Assembly (NCBI GenBank): GCA_002633005.1
Contig: NMRA01000016.1
Span: forward strand, 1,315,481-1,379,480
Length of the DNA stretch: 64,000 bases
Source of the DNA: Phoronis australis
Taxonomy: Eukaryota; Animalia; Phoronida
Direction: 5' to 3'
In this document: positions 13,495-25,068 of the stretch, in pieces
Numbering within the stretch: the first letter of the stretch is position 1
How the letters are laid out: each line of letters begins with the position of its first letter
Program-made: the position numbers and the translations under genes
The notes under the pieces: generated by a model
Databases searched by the model: none
What the model saw: the letters and a program-made list of their open reading frames with translations, nothing else
What the model was told of the DNA's origin: nothing

Positions 13495-13576
13495 CTCCGT
13501 CTTCGCCCTCTACCGGTAGCGCCTGGATGCAGCCCAAAGCCAGCATCAGTACAATGAATACCGCGACACACTTCAT
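13495..13576 (-). CDS. First coding exon (signal peptide plus acidic propeptide) of the secreted CS-alpha/beta peptide gene
   Basis: MKCVAVFIVLMLALGCIQA-LPVEGEDG has a basic N-terminus, hydrophobic core and IQA cleavage site. An acceptor ttacag lies 13 nt upstream of the ATG, and a phase-1 donor GAG|GTGAGA is at 13494. Confidence 0.82.
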
Positions 13577-15129
13577 TACTTCCAGTTTGCTGTAATATAA
13601 TGACAGGTCAAGTTAAGGAGAAACATGTATATAAGAGGAGAAAGAATTGAATGAGATTAAAACAAAATGTAAATAATTGACCTCAAATGTTTTTCTCCTC
13701 GATAGAACAATTATGCTTCCGTATTATCGAGTAAAAATTGAAACACGTGGAAAAGCGGTCGTCTGTACACCCTGTGTTTTCTAGGTACGGTTAAATAATC
13801 AAGTATTTGAACGCGTCTCTTTGAGAATTGCCTAACTCCATCCTGTGAACTGCGGATTTGAAAAAATGTCTTGTAACTTAGCAACAGTCAGCTAGCAGAA
13901 AATGCGTACCTTTTGGGTCTAGTTTTTATATTGATTTGCCATTAGACGGCAAAACAAGTCAAAGCCATATTTTTCTGGTAACCTGCAAGCTACGGATTTG
14001 CATAAGGAAATCCACTTATTCAGCACAATGTTTTACTACTTTGAGCTTATGTTATAGTAAACATTGATGTAGGGTAAAACTCTGAACAGTCATTATCAAA
14101 AATGTACAATGTGGTTCATGACAGTTTAAATTAACCTTTCAGGAAGTTGGTATTTCAGTGTCTTTTGACGTAGGTTGAACAGTTTTATATTATTTGCCCC
14201 GCCTAGTGCCAGCCTGTTGAAACTCGGGATTCGCATAACTCAAGATTGGATTCTTTCCGGAAAGCCCCTTTTCAATCACAATCCTAATGAAATGAACTTT
14301 CCCCATATTGAACTGTATTTTTTAATCGTATTATGGGTCATTTTCATTTGTGGAAATCGACGAAACCGACCGCAGTTTTCGAGACAGTGTGCTGTTTTTG
14401 TCATTCAAAGGCGATACTGTTTATCCCTGCACAACACTCCCCAATTAAGCTTACATTCCTGTGTTCTTGTTGAAACAATCAATACAGGGGCGCAAGTAAA
14501 GAACTGTTGTTCCGGGATGTTACAGTAATCGGTGTCGGCGGAGGTGCAAATGGAATCAAAAGATTTGGGGGAACGGGGCTGTCGGCGGAGACGAAACTGC
14601 AGTCGACGGAGGGAGGTTACGCTCACCCACCCAACACACACACAAGCAAACTTTCATACGCCTATGTATGACTGCCTAATTCTGACTAATATACTTGTGC
14701 CAAGGAGTGTACATAGAATAGGAAAGTTCACTACTCCATCTTGCCTTTCGCCACAATAGCGGATTTGCAGCGCAGACGAACTACGCATTGCGCATGTGCG
14801 AGTTACTTCCTTCGCTAAGGCTCATGGGATAGCTTGTGGTCAGGCATGTCTTGAGCAGACTGGATAGTGTGTGCATTTGGAGTAATTTGCAAACTAAAAA
14901 CCATGTTTCATTGTTTTGCTTTATAATACCAAGCAAGTTCTCTCTCTCGTTTGTAAACACAGCGCAGCTATGATCAGTGACCGAGTGACCGAGGGCACGA
15001 CTGTCGTCATGTTCAGTATTGGGGCTATCGGCGTTGATTTCGAAATCTCCTCCTGCTCCGGTTTCAGACAACTCGAGAGTTCTTAACTTTTGTAGCTTTC
15101 GCCGTGGATATGTTAGAGACGTTAATTTT

Positions 15130-15215
15130 AAGAGGAAACTTCGTCGGAATGTTGTTCTCATAAGTCTTTTTTCACCAGGAAAATGTTCGCTGCACACACG
15201 ATGGCCCCTAGGCAA
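15130..15215 (-). pseudogene. THAP zinc-finger C-terminal relic (transposon-derived)
   Basis: GHRVCSEHFPG, then a frameshift to KTYENNIPTKFP: the CxxHF and terminal [AV]PT-like boxes of THAP domains. Confidence 0.7.
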
Positions 15216-15897
15216 TTACATCGCACTGGATGCCGCAGGCATTCAGGGGCGATAGTACATCCTCACAAAAAGTTGCTCATTTCAAAATACAACAAATAAA
15301 ATCAAATGAACCATACATATAGCAACACGGAGTTATAATTAACACATACCACGACTCTGGATACAATTTAGTCAGCAAAACTTAAACAAATCGATGAAAA
15401 TCTGTCGCGGTTTGCTCGAGTTTCTTTCAGTTACCGGGTGCCATTTTGAGGAAGTTACGTGAAATAACGCATGTTGACGAATAAAAAGTCCAAGGGACAC
15501 ACATCTTACAAGTTTCACCCGATACCTTCTCATGCTATTTTACAAGTGTCGCGCGCTAGCGTCACGCGCTTCGCTCAGTCTCGCACTAACCTTTGCCTAA
15601 CTCACGGGATTCAGTCTTGACANGTGATATTCATCCTCGACACAATTCCACGAGCATAATGTACACACTCTGTCTTGTTATATCACATTTACGGGACGAC
15701 CAGTTTCTAATGCCAGTCTGTGGTTTGCACATCGAAAACATGTAAAACTTTGCACGGACACTCTTAAATAGTTTCATGTTCAAATACAACCTTAAACTTT
15801 GTGTAATAGTTTAACTTAGAATTGGAATCAATATCGGACTATAACATTCCATACCGTCATAGACTTCATAATTTTAGTTATTGCTCCTGAGGGTTCA

Positions 15898-16051
15898 CAG
15901 GGGCGGATCCAGGATTTTGAATTGGGGGGGCAGGGCAGCTACTGGCCAGGATTTTGCCCGTTAGACATTTGCACTCCCGAACTGCCAAATGGAATCTGGG
16001 AGAATATTAGGGGGGCATGGCACCCTTGGCGCCCCTCTCAATTCGCCACTG
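15898..16051 (+). mobile_element. About 150-bp MITE, CAG(G/T)GGCG termini, 5-bp TSD (hAT5-like)
   Basis: GTTCA|CAGGGGCGGATCC ... ATTCGCCACTG|GTTCA. Homologous copies at 34055, 40512 and 47455. Confidence 0.8.
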
Positions 16052-19005
16052 GTTCAGGGGGAGTTGCCCCTATGGAGGTGCTAGCAATTAAAGGGGTACA
16101 ATTAGGAGCTCTGCTCAAACCAGGTGGGCGCCAATGGGCACCTGTTGACAACTCCCCATGGGAGGAGTGCTAAACAAGTAAAATTCATTGGGGTATGCCA
16201 CATGATTGTGGGCCCCTCTCATCCGTCACAAACTTTGGTTGTTCCCCTGACCATTGACAACATGTGCTGAGGTGGTGATAAGATTTGACCGCCTCGTTTT
16301 GTGCATGACCCCAAGGACTTTTGCCTGTAAGGACTGACATGCTCCAGTTCCATCCTGGGTGTTTCCAACGTTTCCTTACAAAGTGCTCCAAGCCCACTGC
16401 TTGTTTCATGTCCACCCAACAATTTTGAATGTGTTCCCAATTGAATACGCCAGGCTGATGTGTAATACAAGTAAGAACAAGAAAACAAGACAGTTTTAAT
16501 TGTAATTAATTAGTGATTAAAATCACTACCACAACACTGTATTCCATTCTGTTGTTCACATATAATTGATAATAAATTAGCTGCAGAAGGTAGAGCGTAG
16601 CCTGTGCAGTAGCCTACACTGCAGACGACAGCAGTCGGCATCGGTAACTGCGATCGACTTGCCATCCACCCGTGAACAGCTAACACACAAAATGGAAGAC
16701 AGTGTATCATATTTTTAAATAAAAAATAATCCTTATTTTCTGGATCCCTAGGAAACGAAAAAATGTCAAATCTGGGAATTCTGTGGAAGAATTAGTGCAA
16801 TTTATCGCGCTGCAAAATGCTCCCTTTCCACTGTTTTTGCGCAGCCTACTTGAATGTTGCTTATTCACCGCTTGGTGACACTAGTAGTTAAAGCGAACTC
16901 GTAAGTGAGCTCTCCTTTATGTACTACACTCCTTGTTGCACTGTTTACACTCGTTACAGCAAAGTTATGGACCACTAACGATATAGAACGTTATCATATT
17001 CTGCCAACTGTAATGCAGTAAATAACGGTCACAGATCTACTAAAGTGATGGCATAATGCTGTAATTGTGGTTGTATAATCACCAGCTACTAGTATGACGC
17101 AACACTAATTTGACGATGTCGAGATACTTCCGGCACACGCAAGCCCAAAATTTAGCAGTGGAACACTTGAGAGTTTTAAATTTTGACGTTAGCATTTAAA
17201 AATGAAATTTTAATTAATTTATATGAAGTAGTTAGTTTCCTCATCGCATACACAAAACGAACATTTAGGACAAATAACATGGCGAACTCGACAACCGTGA
17301 TCTGTGAAGTCCTTAACTACCATGTGGCTCACGGGACTTTACGAGACAGATCCAATTTTGTAAATTTCAAGATGTTGTTAGTACTTTCATCATCATATTG
17401 TAGTAGGGGTCAGTTTATGAAAACATCGGAGGCTTTGGCTGGCCGAGGAGAAGCGGGAGGAGGGGACAGTAGGCCCGGGATTCGAGCAAAGTGAGAAAAA
17501 CAAGAAATAAATACGAATGCAAAAAATCCATTGGAGAACGACGAAAAGGAAACTGCACGTAAAGAAGGTGTAATAAGTTAAGATTAAATAAAAAACATAT
17601 ATTCCCGCAGTGAAGTGGATACATATAGATGACACGCTCAATTTCTTGGCTAAGGGCAATGTAGCATTAAGACCAAGCCTGGCAAAGAGTTGAGTATATC
17701 ACTGCGAGTTGATAAAAGCAAAAACGTGATATACAACAACGCCATTGATAAATCTTGAGGAGTTCTCGTTGTCCTGAACTGTTTATTAGTCTGGAAATGC
17801 TGGCGCTTCTGACATCTGCTTAGGGTCACCGCAGACGGAGAACCATGAGCTCACGTGTATGCCTGAAGTGAGCAATTATAGCTGAGCTGGCGCGAACGTC
17901 AAGATGTGAAGACACGAGAATAACTGAACGAACTTTCAGCTGTATCGATTAAGAGTTCGGTCCTTGAAGTGACTTTTCCACTGAACTTCAACGTCACAGT
18001 GTCACTGTTCAATCTTTTAACACAAAGTACACAGATGTTTATTATGGTGTTCTGAGAGTACAATGCCAAATGTTCACATTCAAAAATGTTGGTGCTCTGA
18101 ACACGCTTGAAGGGCGTGTTTTAAAACTGCAGTTGTTTTTATTCTAAGACCATTTACGATGAACAACTGAGACGCATTTTTACAAACATTTATTTTCATA
18201 CTTTTTCTGAGTGTTTTGAAATGTACCTTATGAGAGGAAATTTCAGTCTGCAAACTCAACACGAAGATCTGTTGTGTAGAACTGCTGATCGTGACTCATA
18301 GACTTTGTAGAATCATAAAAATTTGTTGTCTTAACTGCAATTCTGAACGCAGTGTGTTCTGGCAAGACGCATCGCTCGAAGAACACCGAGCGTTCAACGA
18401 CCGACATTCAAATTCTTCAACACGCATGCACTTGTGAGTTTCTGCTATCCTCTTGTTTATTGCTTTTGTGTGAAAGACATTGTTTTTGTTTGTTTTATAG
18501 TAAGGATTCAGGTACACGTATTAGAAGCATAAATATAGAGTTATTCTTGGCTGTATATTTAAAGGACAAGATGTGGGTTTCATCCACAAAGCACCTTGCC
18601 TTCAACATTTGAGTATATTTTGTTTTTCATGGCATGCTAGTGTACATTGATAAGGATTTCCATTAATTAATGGTTTTGTGTGTCTAAGAACTATTGCACA
18701 TAGTATAGTAAAGATTCAAGTACATGTATAAGAAACATAATTATCCTGATATCCTCGTCTGGTTTTTAAGTCGCATTGTTGGCTAATACTTAGCCTGTGC
18801 AGCTCCTATTGTCTGCGGTATTGTTTTACGATATTTGTTTTATATGGCGAGTTGGTGCAACGAGCTAACACTTACATGTAACATGTACACCAATATTAAA
18901 TGGAAATCACAGGTTTTCACATTTTCAAAAACGAATTTTTCATATTGATAAAAATAAGCGCATTGTTACTTGACCAGTGCGCGACAACCTAACGAACGAC
19001 TTTAA

Positions 19006-19427
19006 AGGCGAAAGCAACCTTTTTCATGTCACTTTTAGCAAAAATAAGGTTAGTTGATTATCCCAGACACATTTTTCACTTAATTACAGCTTTTCGTAAT
19101 TTGATTAATTTCTCGTCCTCTACTCCGGAAGTGACGTTTTGGGAGGCAAGAGTTTCGCGCATGTTGACTGACTCGTAAGCAAATGCAAACGACGACCGAA
19201 CTTATCACAACCGAGGTAGAACAATGACTTACTCGACTGTTCGCACAGTCAGACTATATGAAAAGAAATTGGCGCGAAATTCTTGCCTCCCAAAACGTCA
19301 CTTTCGGAGTAGACGATGAGTAATTAATTAAATTACGAAAAGCAATAAATAAGTGAAAAATATGTCTGGGATAATCAACGAACCTCGTTTTTGCTAAAAA
19401 TGACATGAAAAGGGGTTACCTTCGCCT
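19006..19427. mobile_element. Kolobok-like MITE with about 155-bp TIRs and TTAA TSD
   Basis: TTAA|AGGCGAA...TTCGCCT|TTAA; 19006-19160 pairs with 19272-19427. Confidence 0.88.
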
Positions 19428-22400
19428 TTAAAGCTCATTGCATTACAACGCTTTATCAAATCACTTTTCAAGGATTGTTTGAAACGTTGCCACATGAGAG
19501 AATGCGATATCTGTAGTGTCTAAATTTTTAATCAGTGTCAACCATGCCTCCCGCAATGAACAAAAGTAAAAACCTTGCTATTCCCATAGATTCAATTTAT
19601 TGTGAAAAACTAGCTAGACAGTCTAGATTATGTTCACCATCATTAGAGCACGTAATATTCAAAAACCGCTCTTAGAACACCGAGACTGTGTTCTGTACTG
19701 TAAGTAGAACACGCGTCACATGTATTCAACAGTGTGTTCCAACTTGAACACCAGGAGTTCCAAAACAAATACACAGTGTTTGTACTTGAAAAACACTATA
19801 ACTGCGTTCACACAGTGCAACATTTGTGTGTTATATTTTGTGTTCAAAAGCAGATCACATAAGTTTAGAGTGTATCGTTCACTTGGGGCAGACAGCAGAT
19901 CAGCTCGTAGCTCTCCGACTTCGTTGTTTCTTAGAAACGATCACCACGACATGGGCGTTTAACAGACTTCAGACAATAGTACTACAGGAACGATCTCATG
20001 ATATCGGCCCTGTTTTTTCAAGCTTTTAAAAAATTGCTTCCAAGACATTCCTACGGAAAAGATAAGAAATTTTGAAAAATAGTATAGTTTGAATAAAAAG
20101 TAGTGTAAATTGTTTCCATGGGAACTATTTTGTAAATTTTCTGAAAGTCTTCAAGAGCGCGTTAGGCCATGCTCATTCGATTCATATCATAGTTTTCCAT
20201 GCCACATACATAAGCTAAGTTTGAGAAATGTGCCCTTCGTCTTTTCTAACGAGTTTTAAGGAACTGGAAGTGTTCATCACTATCCTAAGACTATGCAACC
20301 GTATGCAGTGAACAGTATATTTCTTACCTGCACAATCACCACTGTTGTGTATGCCGTGGAGCAAGACGATGCTTGCTTTTAAAGCCCTCCTCCACTTTTT
20401 GATCGGCTGTTACATAGAACATCACTCATAGTCTATGAATCACATTGTTTAACCAATCACGCATCATATTCCTCGTATCTTGAACGATTGAACAATTTCT
20501 GAACGAGAACGCTAAAACAAACAACATGTTTTACCAGGCAAAGTGTTGTTTGTCGGGTAAAGTGGTGGCTTGGAAACGAGGGTATGTCAAGAATGCTGCG
20601 TTCTGATTGGTCAGTTAAGCCGTCACTCAAAATCTTGGCGATAGGTCAAATGTTAAACGCACGTGCAATACAGTACAGAGATACAGTTTAAGCTGCACTG
20701 GATGAATGAAGATGGTCATGTTGGGAGATTGCCTTATTGGGTTGGTCGTGTGGGAAACTTGGAGCACAGAAATAAATATGGGTTCCTAGCTGCTTCAAAC
20801 TGTATCAAAACTAGGCAAGACATCGTGTTTGTGGGAACTGCTGATAAAAATTGGGTATCTATTGAAAAATATAGATTTTATCTGATCTTGTGCATATTGG
20901 AATGCATACAAAGCTATGACTCATTTACAGTCAAGATTGGTCGAGTTGTCTAATCTTCAGAATATACTCGACGATTTCAGACGCATCTTGAATACAATCA
21001 AACGGGAGATGCGATGGAAAGGATCGCAAATATGACAGTGATTATCCACACAGTATCGAAGTTTGACGTGATAACCCAATGTATTTCACTTGATTTTTCA
21101 AAACATTGTTAAATCACCAAATTTGTTGCACAAGCTGATCTAATTACATCTATATGAAGTAATGTACACGGTAAAGTAAAACTCAATGGACGAACTTTTT
21201 TGAACGGAAACGTGTTAGGCGGCCTTTCAGCTATCTGTGCGCATTCCTTCCTGAATCGTGTACAATTGATTATTGGAAAATAAGGATTTAAAAAATCATT
21301 TGATGCTATGAAGTAGCAAGACAGCAACGACCTGTCATTCAGAGGGCACTTTGTGTGTTGTGGCTATTCACATTCTATCGCCATTTATTTAAGGACTCAG
21401 CTTGTCAACGTTACTTATTCGCCGTTTCCCGCAAGGCGGTTGGAAGATTTTTATTTTATATTATTCTGCTTTGGAAAATCTCTCGGAAATTTTTAACTTA
21501 TTGAAGATTCCACCAATTTTAAAAGAACTTTTTTCAGTGAATATTTTAAGGTTGAATTTCAAGTAATCTATATTAGGTGTACTTACCGGCGGAGCTGAAT
21601 ATCGAAATCCAGATTTGGAAAGTCACGGGTCAGCCGCTCTGAAGTCTTAATTCAGTGTGATGACTTAACATTATATAACAGAAATCGGAATATTTTTATT
21701 CCTAATGCTGGTCTGGCATCTATGTCCAGCCCATTTTAAAAAGTTCATAATTTGCTAATGTAGGCACGAAAATGATGTTTTCGAACTAGGAGCAAACAGG
21801 TGTTTTTCACATTTTTCACGGAATAGTTTGGTGAGAAGTTATACTGTTGACATGACAGCCAGGCCCAACATACTGACCATCAGTGTAGTCAAGACGATCA
21901 CATTGATGTTACTTGGCCACATTTCCGATTGTATCTCCAGCGCAGCCGGGAAACATTTAAATCCGTGAGTTTTAACATTAGACAAAGACGCGAGTTGGCT
22001 TCAAATAGCTTCAGTAGGCACTTCCGAGCACAGACCCACGCTGAGTTAATCGAGCATTTTTAACGGCCTTGAGGTTAATATAGGGCCTTGTCGACATGGC
22101 TGTGTAGGTGGCAAATATTTTAAATCTATCATTTCAACGTGGTAAATCATCTATTTTTTGAAAGTGGAACGGCTATGAAATTTGATGTTTGACTTTATAC
22201 CGATGTGTTGTTGAACGGGTCACGTGACGATGTCCTCTGACAAAATATTAAAGGTGCCATATGATGGTCCTTCCCGATTTATCACAGTAGTCTGTCTCAA
22301 TAATATTTGCTTGATAAGAGTTATTATGCAAACACTGACGTAACTGAGACTCTGATCGAAAATCTGTAGTGTCCAACCATATTATGTTAGGAGGGTTATT

Positions 22401-22550
22401 CAACAAGGCATTTTGAATGTTAAAATCAAGATAAAGAAGTAACACTTAGTTTCTCAGCGTTCTGTAATTGTAAATGGAGTGTTTACCAGCAAATGTCTTT
22501 CGGTAACTTACGTAATAAGAACATAAAAATCAGTCCTATTTCTTAATTTA

Positions 22551-22786
22551 GCAGTTGCTGGAAGCGTCTCAGAACTTCATCACAAGTCAAGGCTCCATAT
22601 CACTGGCTGAAGCATAGAACAGACATTTCGTCGCACGTTTTGCTTGAATAGACTTGTGAACGTAAGGTCGAGAATAATAAAGTGATTTACTCGAATCAGT
22701 CTTCAGTCTACCGTAGCACCGAAAGCTATTAACACCGGTCGGAAACAACCTGCCCCCACACATCCAAGGGTTGCATGCGCGCACCC
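22551..22786 (+). mobile_element. Fragment of the LTR-like family at 31714-32788 (R/U5-like part)
   Basis: Diverged direct copy of about 32276-32487, including the AATAAA. Confidence 0.8.
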
Positions 22787-22807
22787 AGGGGCATCGAGAG
22801 ACTACAA

Positions 22808-22933
22808 CGAGCTCTCCCATTTGGCGAATAGGGCAAACAGGTCCACCACAGAAAAACAAAAACATCGAAAAAGTAGAAAACGAGACAAAAATCCACTAAA
22901 AACCCAGCAACAACCAAAATTCGGCGAATGCAC
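22808..22933 (+). repeat. Dispersed repeat; second copy at about 40098-40220
   Basis: Shared ATTTGGCGAA...AAAAAGTAGAAAACGAGACAAAA...ACCAAAATTCGGCGA. Confidence 0.75.
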
Positions 22934-23253
22934 AATTTGTAGCCGGCTTGTTCACCGCAGGGACGTCTTAAAGGGATTCCAAACCCAGTTTAAAAACGAC
23001 TTTCCTATCCAATTTACTGAAGTAAAGTAATGCCCTCTAACCCTTGACAACACTCAAAAGTTTAAAGGGAAATGTAAAAACGTCCTTTGAAGACTGCTAA
23101 GCGGGCTGGCGTGACCTACGCCAGTTTTCAGCGAATTAAAAGGAAACTGCGGGGAAAGATCACCCACCATGAACCATAATATCCAATCTACGACATAGGG
23201 TATATAAGTTTTTAGTTGATTCTTTCCTTAACTTCGAAAGTTGACGCCAATGA

Positions 23254-25068
23254 AAGGCCCGTAGCGCCATTGCGCTTTGGTGGTTCGATTTTCTTCAAAG
23301 GTGGACCTTTGATATTTCGGAAACGTCGACACAGGAGTTTTCGGTTTTGCCCATGAGGCAGCTTAATTACGGGGCAGGGAAATCTGTATGCACAGCAGCG
23401 ATGGCTCTCAGCTCTGTGTTCCTGAGGTAAGGCGGAATTCGTGATCCAGAAATGAGGACGCCGTGATGGTTGCTTGCAAAGAACGGGACTCAAATTCGAA
23501 TGTGGTCCACAAAAGAACGTTTTCACGTTACCTCCTGCCAAACTTTCAACTCAGGCGTGTTTAAATGAGTGGCTACACCTCATTACATACTCGGAAGGAA
23601 ATATTTAGTCGGAGATTTACTTGACGTAGTTTCTCTAAAGTTTCTTACATCGCTGGAAATGGGAACAGCACACTATTCCCGAAAGCTCACTAATTCGATG
23701 GTTCATTACTCCAAAAATATTTAAAATTTCGGACTCATGAGTAATTGTTAAACTTTTACATGTAAAAATAAACGACGTTTCGGTTATTAGATGCAGCTAT
23801 ACCGAAAACAACACCCAAGTAATAAATCACTGTTTGGATTTCATGCGCACGCCCGCATGTCTTACGAATACTGAAACATGAGTACCTACTTGCATTTCTA
23901 AAAGATAATGAAGTAGGAATATCGATGAATTATCAACCACGATACATTCATCTAATCGATGTCAAGATCACATCATTGCACAGCGCGACTGAAAAGATCG
24001 CGGCCACTGCGCTTCAACCTCATCCACCGGAACTACTCGTCGGACGGCTGGGTCGAAACTAAATGTAGTTACTAGGCTACTCTGTCCCTGACAGTCTTCA
24101 CGAAAGTCCCACTCAGTCTCCTTAAATTTAAAACCGCCGTTGGTTGCCGCAACCCGGACCCGTGCCCCAGATGTTTTCCCTAATTGAGAATGAGTCTACT
24201 TAGATTCAAGAACCACGATTGCCAGTTATTAGAACTGTTATTGTAACCAATGTAATCAATGTTTTAGGAACCTTCGGAGTAGTGAACCTTCGGAAAAGGG
24301 ACATGTAGCCATAGAAATCTTTTCCATCAACATTGTTACTTGAAGCTGCGCACCATTGACACTAAGTGAAGACTAACTTCGTTGATCAAAGTTTTAATTA
24401 GGTCTAAACTTGCTTTTCCTAATAATGTGAACATTCGGGGATTTTTCAGTGCAATGAGAAAACGTGTCTTGTTTCCGAAAAACGACGGAGTAGTGAATGA
24501 ACTTACCGTCGGCTTGTACTGAATTTTAAAGAACGCAATTCATGTCAAGCAACCAATCCACAATCAAAGTGGACACCGGATGGACAAAATCTTTGACAAT
24601 CACTTTCAATACGAAATTAGAAAGTGCTTGCACTTGATCATACTTATATGCTAGAATGTACACCAAATAGCTGATAACTCCCCATTTTCTGATATTTTGT
24701 CTCTTGGTGAATTTTAAGGCATTAACAGCGCACTACTTTTGGGAGCTCCCTCAATGCTTGGCTATGTACAGACATTCGCTTCTAGACGCCCTTGTTACCC
24801 TATGGTGTAGCGACCACGCGCGATCAATGCCGAAGAATAGCATAAGGCTTTCTCTAATCTCCTCATGATCCAGTCTGTACGCACACACCACTCGGGCCGT
24901 ACCCGGCCCGACGATTATGTAAAGCACTTTGAATAAGAAGCAAATTCAAAATTAACATTAATTTGATAGCGATTGTGGTTAGAAGTACTAGGGATCGGAT
25001 AGGCTAGGACTGGACCTTTTACGCGGGGGTCAATCGAACACCCCGACCGCCCCGCGGCTACGGGCCTT
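23254..25068. mobile_element. 1.8-kb non-autonomous DNA transposon with 5-bp TSD (hAT5-like)
   Basis: AATGA|AAGGCCCGTAGC ... GCTACGGGCCTT|AATGA: perfect 12-bp TIR and 5-bp TSD. A long inverted copy lies at about 58329-60290. Confidence 0.8.

Noticed and set aside
13905-13935. TATAAAAA and a donor AAG|GTACGC upstream of the peptide gene
   Set aside because: They are only about 13 nt apart, so both cannot be functional; the promoter and 5' UTR exon cannot be assigned.
21588-21639. 52-bp exon-like segment on the minus strand (cttcag ... CCG|GTAAGT)
   Set aside because: No recognisable product or partner exons.
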